From sequence record DRR723986_562: DNA of 27,871 nucleotides; one strand, 5' to 3'. The position numbers and the translations under genes were made by a program. The notes under the pieces were generated by a model. That model was not told the DNA's origin and made no database searches. It saw only the letters and a list, made by a program, of their open reading frames with translations. Positions 1-9,300 of this stretch are shown in pieces (within the stretch, counting starts at the first letter, position 1; the number at the start of each line of letters is the position of its first letter).

Positions 1-28
1 AAAGTAAGCATTTGAATTAAATATTGGC

Positions 29-36
29 TAGATTTG
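29..36 (+). promoter_or_regulatory. Bacteroidota sigma70-type -7 promoter element (TAGATTTG)
   Basis: Exact match to TAnnTTTG, 27 nt upstream of the ATG at 64; it overlaps the ORF-track TTG start at 34, which is therefore probably false. Confidence 0.6.
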
Positions 37-63
37 TTATATAACTCAACACAAACAACTCGT

Positions 64-930
64 ATGAAACGTACATTATTTTTAGCTTTTTTATCATTTT
101 TATTTATTGGATGCCAAGAAGAAGGAACGACTGGTTCAGATGCAAGTTCAGGTGAAAGTGAAGAACTAGCAAGGTTGAAATCAGAAAATAGAGAGCTCCA
201 AGACCAACTAGTAGCAAAGGATTCTGCACTGAATGAAACCATCATGCTATTCAATGAAATTGAGCAAAATCTAGCTATGATTAACATCAAAGAAGATGAA
301 ATACGTTTCAGATCTAATGATGTTGAATTAGAAGAAGATGGAAAACAATGGATTCTTCAAGAGATTCAAAACATTAATTATTTAAGGGAAGCAAACGCAA
401 AGAAAGTTGGAGAATTAAATGCGGCACTAGAAAACAAAAATCTTCAAATCACTGAGTTGGAGAATATGATTAGAAAATTGATGGATAAGATTCAGGTGCA
501 AGAAGAAGAAATTGAAATGTTACGAGTAGAATTGTCTGATTTAGACCGTGAGTATGTTGAATTGCTTGAAGCTTATCAAGAACAAACAGAAATTACAGCG
601 GAAACGTTGATGAAATTAAATCAAGCCTATTATGCTTATGGTACCTATGATGAATTAGAGCAAAACGGCGTAGTGGTTAAAGAAGGAGGATTTATCGGGA
701 TGGGTAAAAAGACGGAGCTCAAATCAGACTTTAATGATGATTATTTTACTCAGGTGGATGTAACGAAAACGGATTTAATTGAAGTGACTGGAAAGAAAGT
801 GAAATTTATTACCGATCACCCTTCAAGTTCTTATGAGGTTGTTTCCAATGGTAATAAGCATGCAATCAAGATTATGGACCATAAATCATTTTGGAAGGTT
901 TCGAAATATTTGGTTGTAGTTGTTGATTAA
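64..930 (+). CDS. Coiled-coil lipoprotein, resembles the Bacteroidota Cbp1-like (collagen-binding adhesin) family
   Basis: Lipoprotein signal MKRTLFLAFLSFLFIG-C from ATG 64; long heptad-rich helical region; C-terminal beta domain with YYAYGT..EL, HPSSSY and FWKVSKYLVV. Family assignment is from recall of these motifs. Confidence 0.65.
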   Translation: MKRTLFLAFLSFLFIGCQEEGTTGSDASSGESEELARLKSENRELQDQLVAKDSALNETIMLFNEIEQNLAMINIKEDEIRFRSNDVELEEDGKQWILQEIQNINYLREANAKKVGELNAALENKNLQITELENMIRKLMDKIQVQEEEIEMLRVELSDLDREYVELLEAYQEQTEITAETLMKLNQAYYAYGTYDELEQNGVVVKEGGFIGMGKKTELKSDFNDDYFTQVDVTKTDLIEVTGKKVKFITDHPSSSYEVVSNGNKHAIKIMDHKSFWKVSKYLVVVVD

Positions 931-935
931 ATTAA

Positions 936-1277
936 ATGGTTGGTGGAATAATTATATTGGCTTTAGTTGGAGCATTGTTTGCCTGGATAATTTCTGGAAT
1001 TCGGGCGCATAAAATGGCTAAAGAGAAAGGTGTAATCTATATCCTTAAACATTTTTTATTTGCGGCTTTATCCATTGTTTTTCTATGGATTGTAATTGTT
1101 GTTCCAACCCTTGATTGTTCGGGATTTTTGTGTGGTCTGGGTGCCTTTATTCTATTTTTCGTAATAGGTACAATCGTAATTTTATTGTGGCCGCTAATAT
1201 TATTAGGTACATTAAAAAGTAAATATTCAGACATTTCCGTCAGCATATCTGATGATGACGAATTACTAGATAATTAA
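936..1277 (+). CDS. Small hypothetical membrane protein (3 TM)
   Basis: Three hydrophobic segments, CSGFLC loop, acidic tail DDDELLDN; starts 5 nt after the previous stop. Confidence 0.7.
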   Translation: MVGGIIILALVGALFAWIISGIRAHKMAKEKGVIYILKHFLFAALSIVFLWIVIVVPTLDCSGFLCGLGAFILFFVIGTIVILLWPLILLGTLKSKYSDISVSISDDDELLDN

Positions 1278-1278
1278 A

Positions 1279-1611
1279 ATGAACAGAAAATTAATACATA
1301 TCGGACCCCTTGCTTTGATTATAGCAGGTGTATTTTGGTCTATGCACATTAACCCTGGTGCCACAATGGCTTATAACATTGGTTTTGGTTTTGGGATGTT
1401 TCTTGTCCCCGCTATTCCAGGTTTAATAATAGCGCTAATTCACCGATCAATGTCTAAAAAGAAAGTAGAGGAAAATGCGGAAGTTGATGTGATTGACGGT
1501 CCGAATGAGCAGGTAATGAAAAAGAAATCTTTCCTTTTCTACTTTTCGCTCTATACAACTATTTTAGGGGCTTTGATGTTTTTTGCCGTAATGAATTCTA
1601 AAAGGAATTAG
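1279..1611 (+). CDS. Small hypothetical membrane protein (3 TM)
   Basis: Three hydrophobic segments with a charged loop; 1-nt gap after the previous gene. Confidence 0.7.
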   Translation: MNRKLIHIGPLALIIAGVFWSMHINPGATMAYNIGFGFGMFLVPAIPGLIIALIHRSMSKKKVEENAEVDVIDGPNEQVMKKKSFLFYFSLYTTILGALMFFAVMNSKRN

Positions 1612-1613
1612 CA

Positions 1614-2564
1614 TTACATACTCATTACGATCAGTGTAATGTATACTACGTAGCTTCCGAACAACATCACACCTTTTAGTCTTCCAACTTTTTTCCCAAT
1701 CAGCATCATAGGAAGCAATGCTAGGGCAATTGCGATCATCCACCACATGTCGTAATTGAGAATTTGTTCATCAACATCAATCGGTTTTACCAGCGCCGTA
1801 ACACCAATTACAGCCATAATGTTAAAGATGTTTGATCCGATTAAATTTCCGATTGAGATGTCCGTTTCTTTTTTAATGGCTGCAACTGCCGAAGTTACTA
1901 ATTCTGGAACTGAGGTTCCAAAAGCGACAACGGTCACTGCAATTACACGTTCTTCCATACCAAAGGATTGAGCAATTTCAACAGCTCCTTTTATTAGCCA
2001 TTCTGCTCCAAAATAAAGCCCTACTAATCCAATTAGCGTGAATAGGATTGAAAGGCCAATCTTGTCCTTAACACTTGCTATTTCATCATTATCATCAAGT
2101 TCGGCGAGTTCTTTTTTGGTTTTTCTTCTAGAGCCGCGTATAAGTAAAAAAGTGAATACTAAAAGAATACCAAATAAAATGGCGCCTTCCCACAATTCAA
2201 TTACAAGGTCATACGAGAACAAAAAGAAGAGGAGGGTAGCTCCCATCATCATTGGCCAATCTATAATTTTTGAATTACGATCAACGATAACGGGAAATAT
2301 AAGAACTGTAATACCAAGGACTAAGGCAATGTTCGCAATGTTTGACCCCACCACATTTCCTATCGCAATATCCGGATTCCCGTCAAGTGCTGAGCCTATA
2401 CTCACAAAAAGTTCAGGTGCTGAAGTTCCGAATGAAATTACCGTCATACCAATGACGAGTGTAGAAATATGTGCTTTTTTAGCTATTCCAACCGCACCAC
2501 GAACCAAAAATTCTCCGCCAGCGACCAATACCGCTAAGCCCATTATAAGCCATAAATACATCAT
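1614..2564 (-). CDS. yrbG: Calcium/sodium antiporter (CaCA, YrbG-like)
   Basis: Two alpha repeats, GTSAPE...GNVVGSNIAN and GTSVPE...GNLIGSNIFN; about 10 TM segments. Confidence 0.93.
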   Translation of the reverse strand: MMYLWLIMGLAVLVAGGEFLVRGAVGIAKKAHISTLVIGMTVISFGTSAPELFVSIGSALDGNPDIAIGNVVGSNIANIALVLGITVLIFPVIVDRNSKIIDWPMMMGATLLFFLFSYDLVIELWEGAILFGILLVFTFLLIRGSRRKTKKELAELDDNDEIASVKDKIGLSILFTLIGLVGLYFGAEWLIKGAVEIAQSFGMEERVIAVTVVAFGTSVPELVTSAVAAIKKETDISIGNLIGSNIFNIMAVIGVTALVKPIDVDEQILNYDMWWMIAIALALLPMMLIGKKVGRLKGVMLFGSYVVYITLIVMSM

Positions 2565-2890
2565 GCTTTATCTTCAGATTTTTTAGGACTTTCTTTGGTG
2601 ATTTCTTTCTCTAAATCAACGCCTAGGTCAGGGATTTTAATCGAATCAAATTTGGTGCTTTTCTCTATTTCTTTCAGCGGATTCTCCATATTTAGATCTT
2701 TCCTCATTTCAAGAGCGGAGTTTTGAATGTCTCTTTTAATCTCATTGGATGCAGTTTTGATTTCTCTCATTCCTTTTCCAATATTCTTTGCAAACTCAGG
2801 TAGGCCTTTAGAACCAAATAACATTAACACAACGAGTAGAATTAACACTACTTCGCCAGTTCCTAAGCTATTTAAAAATAAAAGGGTCAT
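2561..2890 (-). CDS. tatA: Twin-arginine translocase TatA/TatB subunit
   Basis: N-terminal TM followed by LFGSKGLPE and amphipathic helix AKNIGKGMREIK; ATGA overlap with the antiporter gene. Confidence 0.88.
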   Translation of the reverse strand: MTLLFLNSLGTGEVVLILLVVLMLFGSKGLPEFAKNIGKGMREIKTASNEIKRDIQNSALEMRKDLNMENPLKEIEKSTKFDSIKIPDLGVDLEKEITKESPKKSEDKA

Positions 2891-2898
2891 CTCTGAAT

Positions 2899-2935
2899 AA
2901 AAAAAGCCTCTCTTAAAAAAGATTAAGAGAGGCTT
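2899..2935 (-). terminator. Rho-independent terminator after secDF
   Basis: 13-bp inverted repeat AAGCCTCTCTTAA (2904-2916 / 2923-2935), 6-nt loop, followed by a T run on the minus strand. Confidence 0.8.
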
Positions 2936-2955
2936 AAAGTTACTTAATATTTAAA

Positions 2956-5900
2956 TTACTCGACTTCTTTTGTTTTCTCTTTTTTAGAAAAATCAATTAC
3001 TGCCGGTGTAGCAATAAATAATGAAGAGTATGTTCCAACAACAACACCAATCATTAAGGCGAATGTAAATCCTTTAATTGCGTCACCTCCAAATAAGAAG
3101 ATAATTAACAATACAATGAATGTTGAAACTGAAGTATTAACCGTTCTACTCAATGTAGAGTTTAAGGCCATATTTATTACTTCTTTCTGTTCTTTCTTGT
3201 GGTGGATTTTCAAGTATTCTCTGATTCTGTCAAATACAACCACGGTATCATTTATCGAGTAACCAACAACTGTAAGTATTGCTGCGATAAATGCTTGGTC
3301 AATTTCCATTGAGAATGGAAGTATACCCCAGAATAATGAGAACAATGAAAGTACAATTAATACATCATGCGCCATTGCAATTAATGCGCCTAATCCAAAC
3401 TGCCACTTTCTAAATCTAAATAAGATGTATAAGAATATGATCACTAGTGAGAATCCAATCGCGTAGAATGAATTTGTCTTCAAATCTTTCGAAATTGTTG
3501 GCGCAATCATGTTCGTTGACATCACCTCATAGTTTCCGAATTCTGAAATTCCCTCATCTAATTTTTGCTCTACTATTGTATTGATTGAGTCACCCGTTTC
3601 AGTAATCTTGTATTTAGTTGTAATCATAGCCGTGTAGCTATCTTCAACTAGTTTTACTGTTGGCGCTTGTCCATCAAACTTTTCAGTTAAATTTTGCCTG
3701 ATTTTATCGTATTGTGCTTCTTGCTCAAATTGCACCACATACTGACGTCCACCAGTGAAATCAACTCCTAAATCTAAGCCTCTAGCAAACAATGAGCTCA
3801 TTCCAATAACGACTATCGCTCCAGAAACTAAATAGAATAACTTTCTTTTTCTTACAAATGGAACAGCCGTTTTAGTGAACCAGTTCTCGGTAATTTTTGT
3901 AGAAAATGATACATTCTTTTCTTTATCTAAGAATGAAGTCACAATTAATCTAGTAATAACTACCGCTGCGAAGAACGAAGTGAAAATACCAATGATTAAT
4001 GTAGTTGCGAATCCTTTAATCGGTCCTGTTCCGAATGTGGCTAACACAATACCCGTTAATAAGGTAGTAATGTTGGCATCCAAAATTGCAGCCAATGCTT
4101 TTTGGTAACCATCTTTCACAGCACCTTTAACACCTTTACCGTTTCTTAACTCCTCACGAATTCTTTCGAAAATTAGTACGTTGGCATCCACCGACATACC
4201 AATGGTTAGAACGATACCGGCAATACCAGGTAAGGTTAATATCGCTTTCATTGAAGCCAATGCCCCAATTAAGAAAAATACGTTTACGATAAGCGCTAAA
4301 TCTGCGATTAAACCAGCTTTGCTGTAATAGAAAATCATGTATAACAACACCAATGAAAGTGCAAATACAAATGACCATAAACCTGAAGTAATGTTAGAAT
4401 CACCTAAAGATGGTCCAACAACAGTTTCATCAACAATATTTACCGGAGCAGGCAGTGCACCAGCATTTAATAATCCAGCTAAGTCTTTAGCCTCATACAT
4501 ATCAAATCCACCTGAAATAATTGATGAATTGCTCATTACGTCATTTACAGTTGGAGCAGAGAATACGTAGTTGTCCATAGTAATTGCTACTGGACGTCCA
4601 AGATTGTCAGTAGTCATCTCTTCCCACTTTTCAGATCCTCTTGATGTAAAGTTAAGCACAACCTCTGAGCTTCCGATATTTTGCTGAGATGCTCTGTGGA
4701 AAGCGTTGTCAATGTCTTCACCCGAAACTCTAGGTCCAGAAGAAGGAACTTTAATCGCATATAAATAAATTACACCAACACCAATTCCGTTTTCATCTTC
4801 TACTTCTTTAGCATCCCACATGAACTTAATGTCTTCTGGAAGTGCGTCTTTGAAAACTGGGTGATTTAATCTAGCAATAACATCAGATGTATCTTTAATG
4901 TTAGCATATCCAACTGTTCCAGTACCCCAAACTTGTTGGTTGGTATTTGGGTCAGTATAAATATTCGGTGCTAAAATTGTTTGAATTGGGAATTTCATTC
5001 TCTTTTCAGCTTCAGACATATTAGCCAAAGCAGCAGAGTCTAACTCTTCAACATCATCTAATAAATCATCTTCTGAATCGCCAGATAACAAATCATCCGG
5101 GTTGTTAGATAATAAATCATCTGCAGTAGTAGCAGTATCATTTACTACAGCTGTAGTATCAATGATTTCTGGTTCCTCAATGTCAACATCACCGTAAAGT
5201 GCTTCAGATAATTTTTTCTCTAATTCTTGAGAGAATATGATGTTTCCAACTCCTTCACTAGCAGTTGCACCACCGTTATTATATACCTCATAGAACTCCA
5301 AGTTGGCAGTAGACTGTAATTTTCTTCTAACCGACTCTTTATCCTTTACACCTGGTAATTCAACAAAAATTCTGTTGGTTCCAGGTAATTTTTGAATAGT
5401 TGGTTGCGCAACACCAAACGTGTTTACCCTTTTTTCAATGATAATTTCAACACCATCTAGTGCACCATTAGCTTGGTCATTTAAGAAAGTTGTTACTTCA
5501 TCATTTGAAGCATTACTCGCTAATTCATCTTGGTTGTGGATGTAGAAGATTTTAGCCAAAGGCTGATCTGCATTGTCCTTTTCCCACTCTTCAACAAACA
5601 TTTCAATGAATGCACCTTCACCGGCGTCAGTTCTTACTCTGGCTGCTGCGTGTGCTTTCTTAAATGCTGGGTTTCTAGTGTTACCGGCTAATTCACTTAC
5701 TAATTCTGGAACTGAAATTTCGAGCGTTACACTCATTCCACCCTGAAGGTCTAATCCTAAATTGATTTCGTTAGCTTGACATTCTGCATAGGTATGACCG
5801 AAATGCACAACTTCATTTGCTTGACTTCTCAAGTATTCATCTACGTAGAAAGTTCTGATGTGATCTAAATCTTTTTCATCTGTTACAACTAAAGAGTCAC

Positions 5901-6072
5901 CGTCTAAATAGACCATGGCTACTCCGAAACTGTTTAATGAATCGATTTTCTCATCAGCATACCCTTCAGCGTCAGCTTCAACATTGCTGGTTGCCCACGT
6001 AAAAGAAAGTTGGTAAATACAAGCAATCGCTAAGGCAATTGTTATAGACCAAAAAAATCCTTTGTTTCTCAT
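2956..6072 (-). CDS. secDF: Protein translocase subunit SecDF (fused)
   Basis: LGLDLQGG, GPSLG, GMSVDANVLIFERIREE, LGVDFTGG and GYSINDTVVVFDRIRE motifs; start moved to MRNKG at 6072 because the promoter lies inside the ORF-track extension to 6117. Confidence 0.96.
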   Translation of the reverse strand: MRNKGFFWSITIALAIACIYQLSFTWATSNVEADAEGYADEKIDSLNSFGVAMVYLDGDSLVVTDEKDLDHIRTFYVDEYLRSQANEVVHFGHTYAECQANEINLGLDLQGGMSVTLEISVPELVSELAGNTRNPAFKKAHAAARVRTDAGEGAFIEMFVEEWEKDNADQPLAKIFYIHNQDELASNASNDEVTTFLNDQANGALDGVEIIIEKRVNTFGVAQPTIQKLPGTNRIFVELPGVKDKESVRRKLQSTANLEFYEVYNNGGATASEGVGNIIFSQELEKKLSEALYGDVDIEEPEIIDTTAVVNDTATTADDLLSNNPDDLLSGDSEDDLLDDVEELDSAALANMSEAEKRMKFPIQTILAPNIYTDPNTNQQVWGTGTVGYANIKDTSDVIARLNHPVFKDALPEDIKFMWDAKEVEDENGIGVGVIYLYAIKVPSSGPRVSGEDIDNAFHRASQQNIGSSEVVLNFTSRGSEKWEEMTTDNLGRPVAITMDNYVFSAPTVNDVMSNSSIISGGFDMYEAKDLAGLLNAGALPAPVNIVDETVVGPSLGDSNITSGLWSFVFALSLVLLYMIFYYSKAGLIADLALIVNVFFLIGALASMKAILTLPGIAGIVLTIGMSVDANVLIFERIREELRNGKGVKGAVKDGYQKALAAILDANITTLLTGIVLATFGTGPIKGFATTLIIGIFTSFFAAVVITRLIVTSFLDKEKNVSFSTKITENWFTKTAVPFVRKRKLFYLVSGAIVVIGMSSLFARGLDLGVDFTGGRQYVVQFEQEAQYDKIRQNLTEKFDGQAPTVKLVEDSYTAMITTKYKITETGDSINTIVEQKLDEGISEFGNYEVMSTNMIAPTISKDLKTNSFYAIGFSLVIIFLYILFRFRKWQFGLGALIAMAHDVLIVLSLFSLFWGILPFSMEIDQAFIAAILTVVGYSINDTVVVFDRIREYLKIHHKKEQKEVINMALNSTLSRTVNTSVSTFIVLLIIFLFGGDAIKGFTFALMIGVVVGTYSSLFIATPAVIDFSKKEKTKEVE

Positions 6073-6100
6073 TTTATTAATGTACTTTTTTGAACGGGTG

Positions 6101-6108
6101 CAAATATA
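6101..6108 (-). promoter_or_regulatory. -7 promoter element (TATATTTG) for secDF
   Basis: Exact TAnnTTTG match followed by CA, 28 nt upstream of ATG 6072. Confidence 0.75.
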
Positions 6109-6343
6109 GAATTTCAATTCTAATAAACCAATGAATTTTCGGGATATTCAGAAAAAACAAAGCATTAAAAAAAAACCGTCCTAAACTTTTGTAAATCAAG
6201 CCATTTAAAATATCATTTTTTGGATCGAAAAATATCGATCTAGTATAAACCAGAATATTGAGAAGATTTCCTTGACTCGTTGCTTTTTTTTAGGCCTTTG
6301 TTGAATTTGGAATTAGAATCAAATGCAAAAACAAAATTCGCAT

Positions 6344-6351
6344 TAACTTTG
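6344..6351 (+). promoter_or_regulatory. -7 promoter element (TAACTTTG) for ccsBA
   Basis: Exact TAnnTTTG match, 34 nt upstream of ATG 6386. Confidence 0.75.
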
Positions 6352-6385
6352 CGCTACATTTCAATCAATAAATCTCCCGTTAAGG

Positions 6386-9300
6386 ATGAAGAAAAGTCTT
6401 TCAAAAATATTCTCAATGCCCTTGATGGTGCTGTTTTTGCTGTTCTTTTTCTTTGCTGTCGGTATAGCAACTTTTGTTGAAAACGATTACGGTACGCCTG
6501 TTGCTCAAAAATGGATTTACAAAGCAAATTGGTTCAGTTTAATCATGCTTTACCTTTCCATTTCATTGATTTTTAACATGATTAAATACAAACTTTTTCA
6601 ATTGAAGAAGTTGAGCAGTTTACTATTTCACTTGGCCTTTTTAGTGATTGTCTTAGGAGCGGCAACTACGAGATATTTTGGATTTGAAGGCGTCATGATG
6701 ATTAGAGAAGGCGAATCTTCAAATCAGATTATTACCCAAGAGTCATTTTTTCAAATTAAAGCACATGATAATATAGATCAATATCGTTATGATATGGATG
6801 TGATCATGGATACGAATGATGTTGCGTACGTGCATCCGGGGGTTAAATGGAGTAATCCGTTGAACTTCTTTTTTAGCCACAACAATTATTTTGAGCACGA
6901 GTTTGATTTCAAAGAAAGTCATGTCAAGTTATCCTGTGTTGATGTCTTTAAAAATCCAATTGATACGTTAATACCGACTGCAGGCGGAGATGCTTATATA
7001 GAATTGGTAACAGGTGGCATGCAATCAAATTATTTGAAAGAAGGTGAGGTCAAGTTGTTTGACAGTGGACTGAAAGTTTCGTTTAATAATTCAACTTATA
7101 CAGATGCGATCAATATTGTTGAAACTGATTCAGGACTTTATATGCGTTCACCTTTTGATATCAGTTATTTGCAAATGAGCGATCAGTCTCAAGGAGTCAT
7201 GACAAGAGACAGTTTGCAAGAGTTTATCCCAAAAAGATTGTATGTTATTGGCAATGAACAATTCGTTTTCAAACAGTATTATTTGGGCGCGGAATTGCAA
7301 ACCGTTAAAAGCACAATTAACTCAAATGGACTATTAGGAATCACCATAAAGGTTGAAGAGGATAAAGACGGTCAGCATTACGAAAAAGAAGTTTTGCTCA
7401 AGGGAGGTAAAGGAATGTTGCCTAAAATGGCCATGTTTAATTTAGAGTCTGGATTGAACTTTGAATTGGGATTTGGATCTAAAATACTGGAGGTGCCATT
7501 TTTCATTTATCTGAGAGATTTTCAGTTAGAAAGATATCCTGGGACACCTAATCCATCTTCATTCTTAAGCTTGGTGACGCTTATTGATCTAGAGAAAAAT
7601 TTAGAAGAAGATCACGAAATTTTCATGAATAATGTATTGGATTACGGAGGATACCGATTTTTTCAATCATCATATGATCAAGATGAAATGGGAACCATTT
7701 TGAGCGTTAACCACGATTTTTGGGGTACTTGGTTAACCTATCTGGGATATTTCTTTTTGGGCTTAGGTTTTGTTATCAATTTGGTTTCAAAAAATTCAAG
7801 ATTCAGAATGTTGATGAAAAAATCAAGAGAGTTGAGAATCAAACGAGAAGGATTGAAAATGATTATTTTCTTGGTCGGATTAATGTCTTTCAATTCATTT
7901 GCGCAAGATGAACTTCCTTTAGTGAGCGAAGAGCATGCTGAGAAATTCGGACGATTAATTGTTCAAGACCAAGGAGGAAGGTTTAAACCAGTGCATACTT
8001 TGGCCTTTGAAATGCTCAGAAAAGTGAGTAGATCTGATGAGTGGAAAGAACAGAGCCCCGTTCAGGTATTTGTAGGCTTACATACGCATCCAGGCTGGTA
8101 TCAAGAACCCATGATTTATGTTTCTGGAGATCCTTTAAGAGAGAAATTTAACATTGACGGAAAATATGGTGCACTTGCTGACTTCTTGTATATTGACGAA
8201 CATTCAATTCTATATCTTTTGCAAGAGGATGCAGATATAGCTAGACGGAAAAAGCCAGCTCAACGTTCACAATATGATAAAGATGTCTTGAAAACAGATG
8301 AGCGTATTAACGTGATGTTCGGGGTATTTAACATGTCTTACTTGAGGATTTTCCCTAAACCAAATGATTCAACGAATACTTGGTATGCGCCATACGAACT
8401 TAATGGTGCATTTGAAGAAGCTGATTCTACGTTTGTTTCCGGAGTAATGAAACTCTATGTTGGTGGAGTTAATAACGGATATGTGACGGGGAATTGGAAA
8501 GATGCAGATCAAGCACTTTCATTAATTCAAACCTATCAGCAAAAAACTTCCGATCCTGATATTTTGCCGAGTCAAAGTACTTTAGAATGGGAGATTTGGT
8601 ATAATGAAGCCGGTATTTTCAAAAAGTTAATGACCTATTATATTTCATTAGGATTGCTATTGTTGATTCTTCAATTGGTGCAAATTTTTATTCCTAGATT
8701 CAACCTTAAATGGCCATTGCGAGTTGGCGCGATATTGTTTGCTGGTCTGTTCTTATATCATGGATTTGGTTTGGGATTAAGATGGTATTTATCAGGACAT
8801 GCACCTTGGAGTAACGGTTATGAGGCAGTGGTGTTCATTTCCTTTATTACTGTTCTTGCTGGCTTGTTGTTTTCAAAAAACAATAAAGTAGTGCTTGGCG
8901 CCACAGGTATTCTTGCTTGGCTCATGCTCTTTGTTGCACATATGAATCAGATGGATCCTGAAATGACCAATTTGGTTCCTGTTTTGAAATCTTATTGGTT
9001 GATGATACACGTGGCCATCATTACCGGTAGTTATGGTTTTTTAGGATTAGGTGCAATTTTGAGTTTGATTATTATGGGCATGAATATTTTCTTGACTAAA
9101 TCAAATTATAAACGCGTGTTGCTCACCACAAAAGAGTTGACATACATTTCTGAGATGACAATAACAATAGGCTTATTTATGTTAACCATAGGTACATTTT
9201 TAGGTGGAGTTTGGGCGAATGAAAGTTGGGGAAGATATTGGGGCTGGGATGCCAAAGAAACTTGGGCGCTTGCCTCTGTCCTGGTTTACGCTATGCTTTT

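Noticed and set aside
1756..2586. Plus-strand ORFs of 71 aa and 182 aa
   Set aside because: Antisense shadows of the antiporter gene with no protein-like motifs
3875..4570. Short ORFs inside secDF
   Set aside because: Fully nested shadow or alternative-frame ORFs within a conserved gene
6301..6330. Possible Fur/FNR box upstream of ccsBA
   Set aside because: Only half-site similarity (AATTAGAAT, ATCAA), with no proper palindrome or spacing
6280..6480. 66-aa plus-strand ORF overlapping the ccsBA start
   Set aside because: TTG start, runs across the ccsBA promoter and overlaps the CDS out of frame
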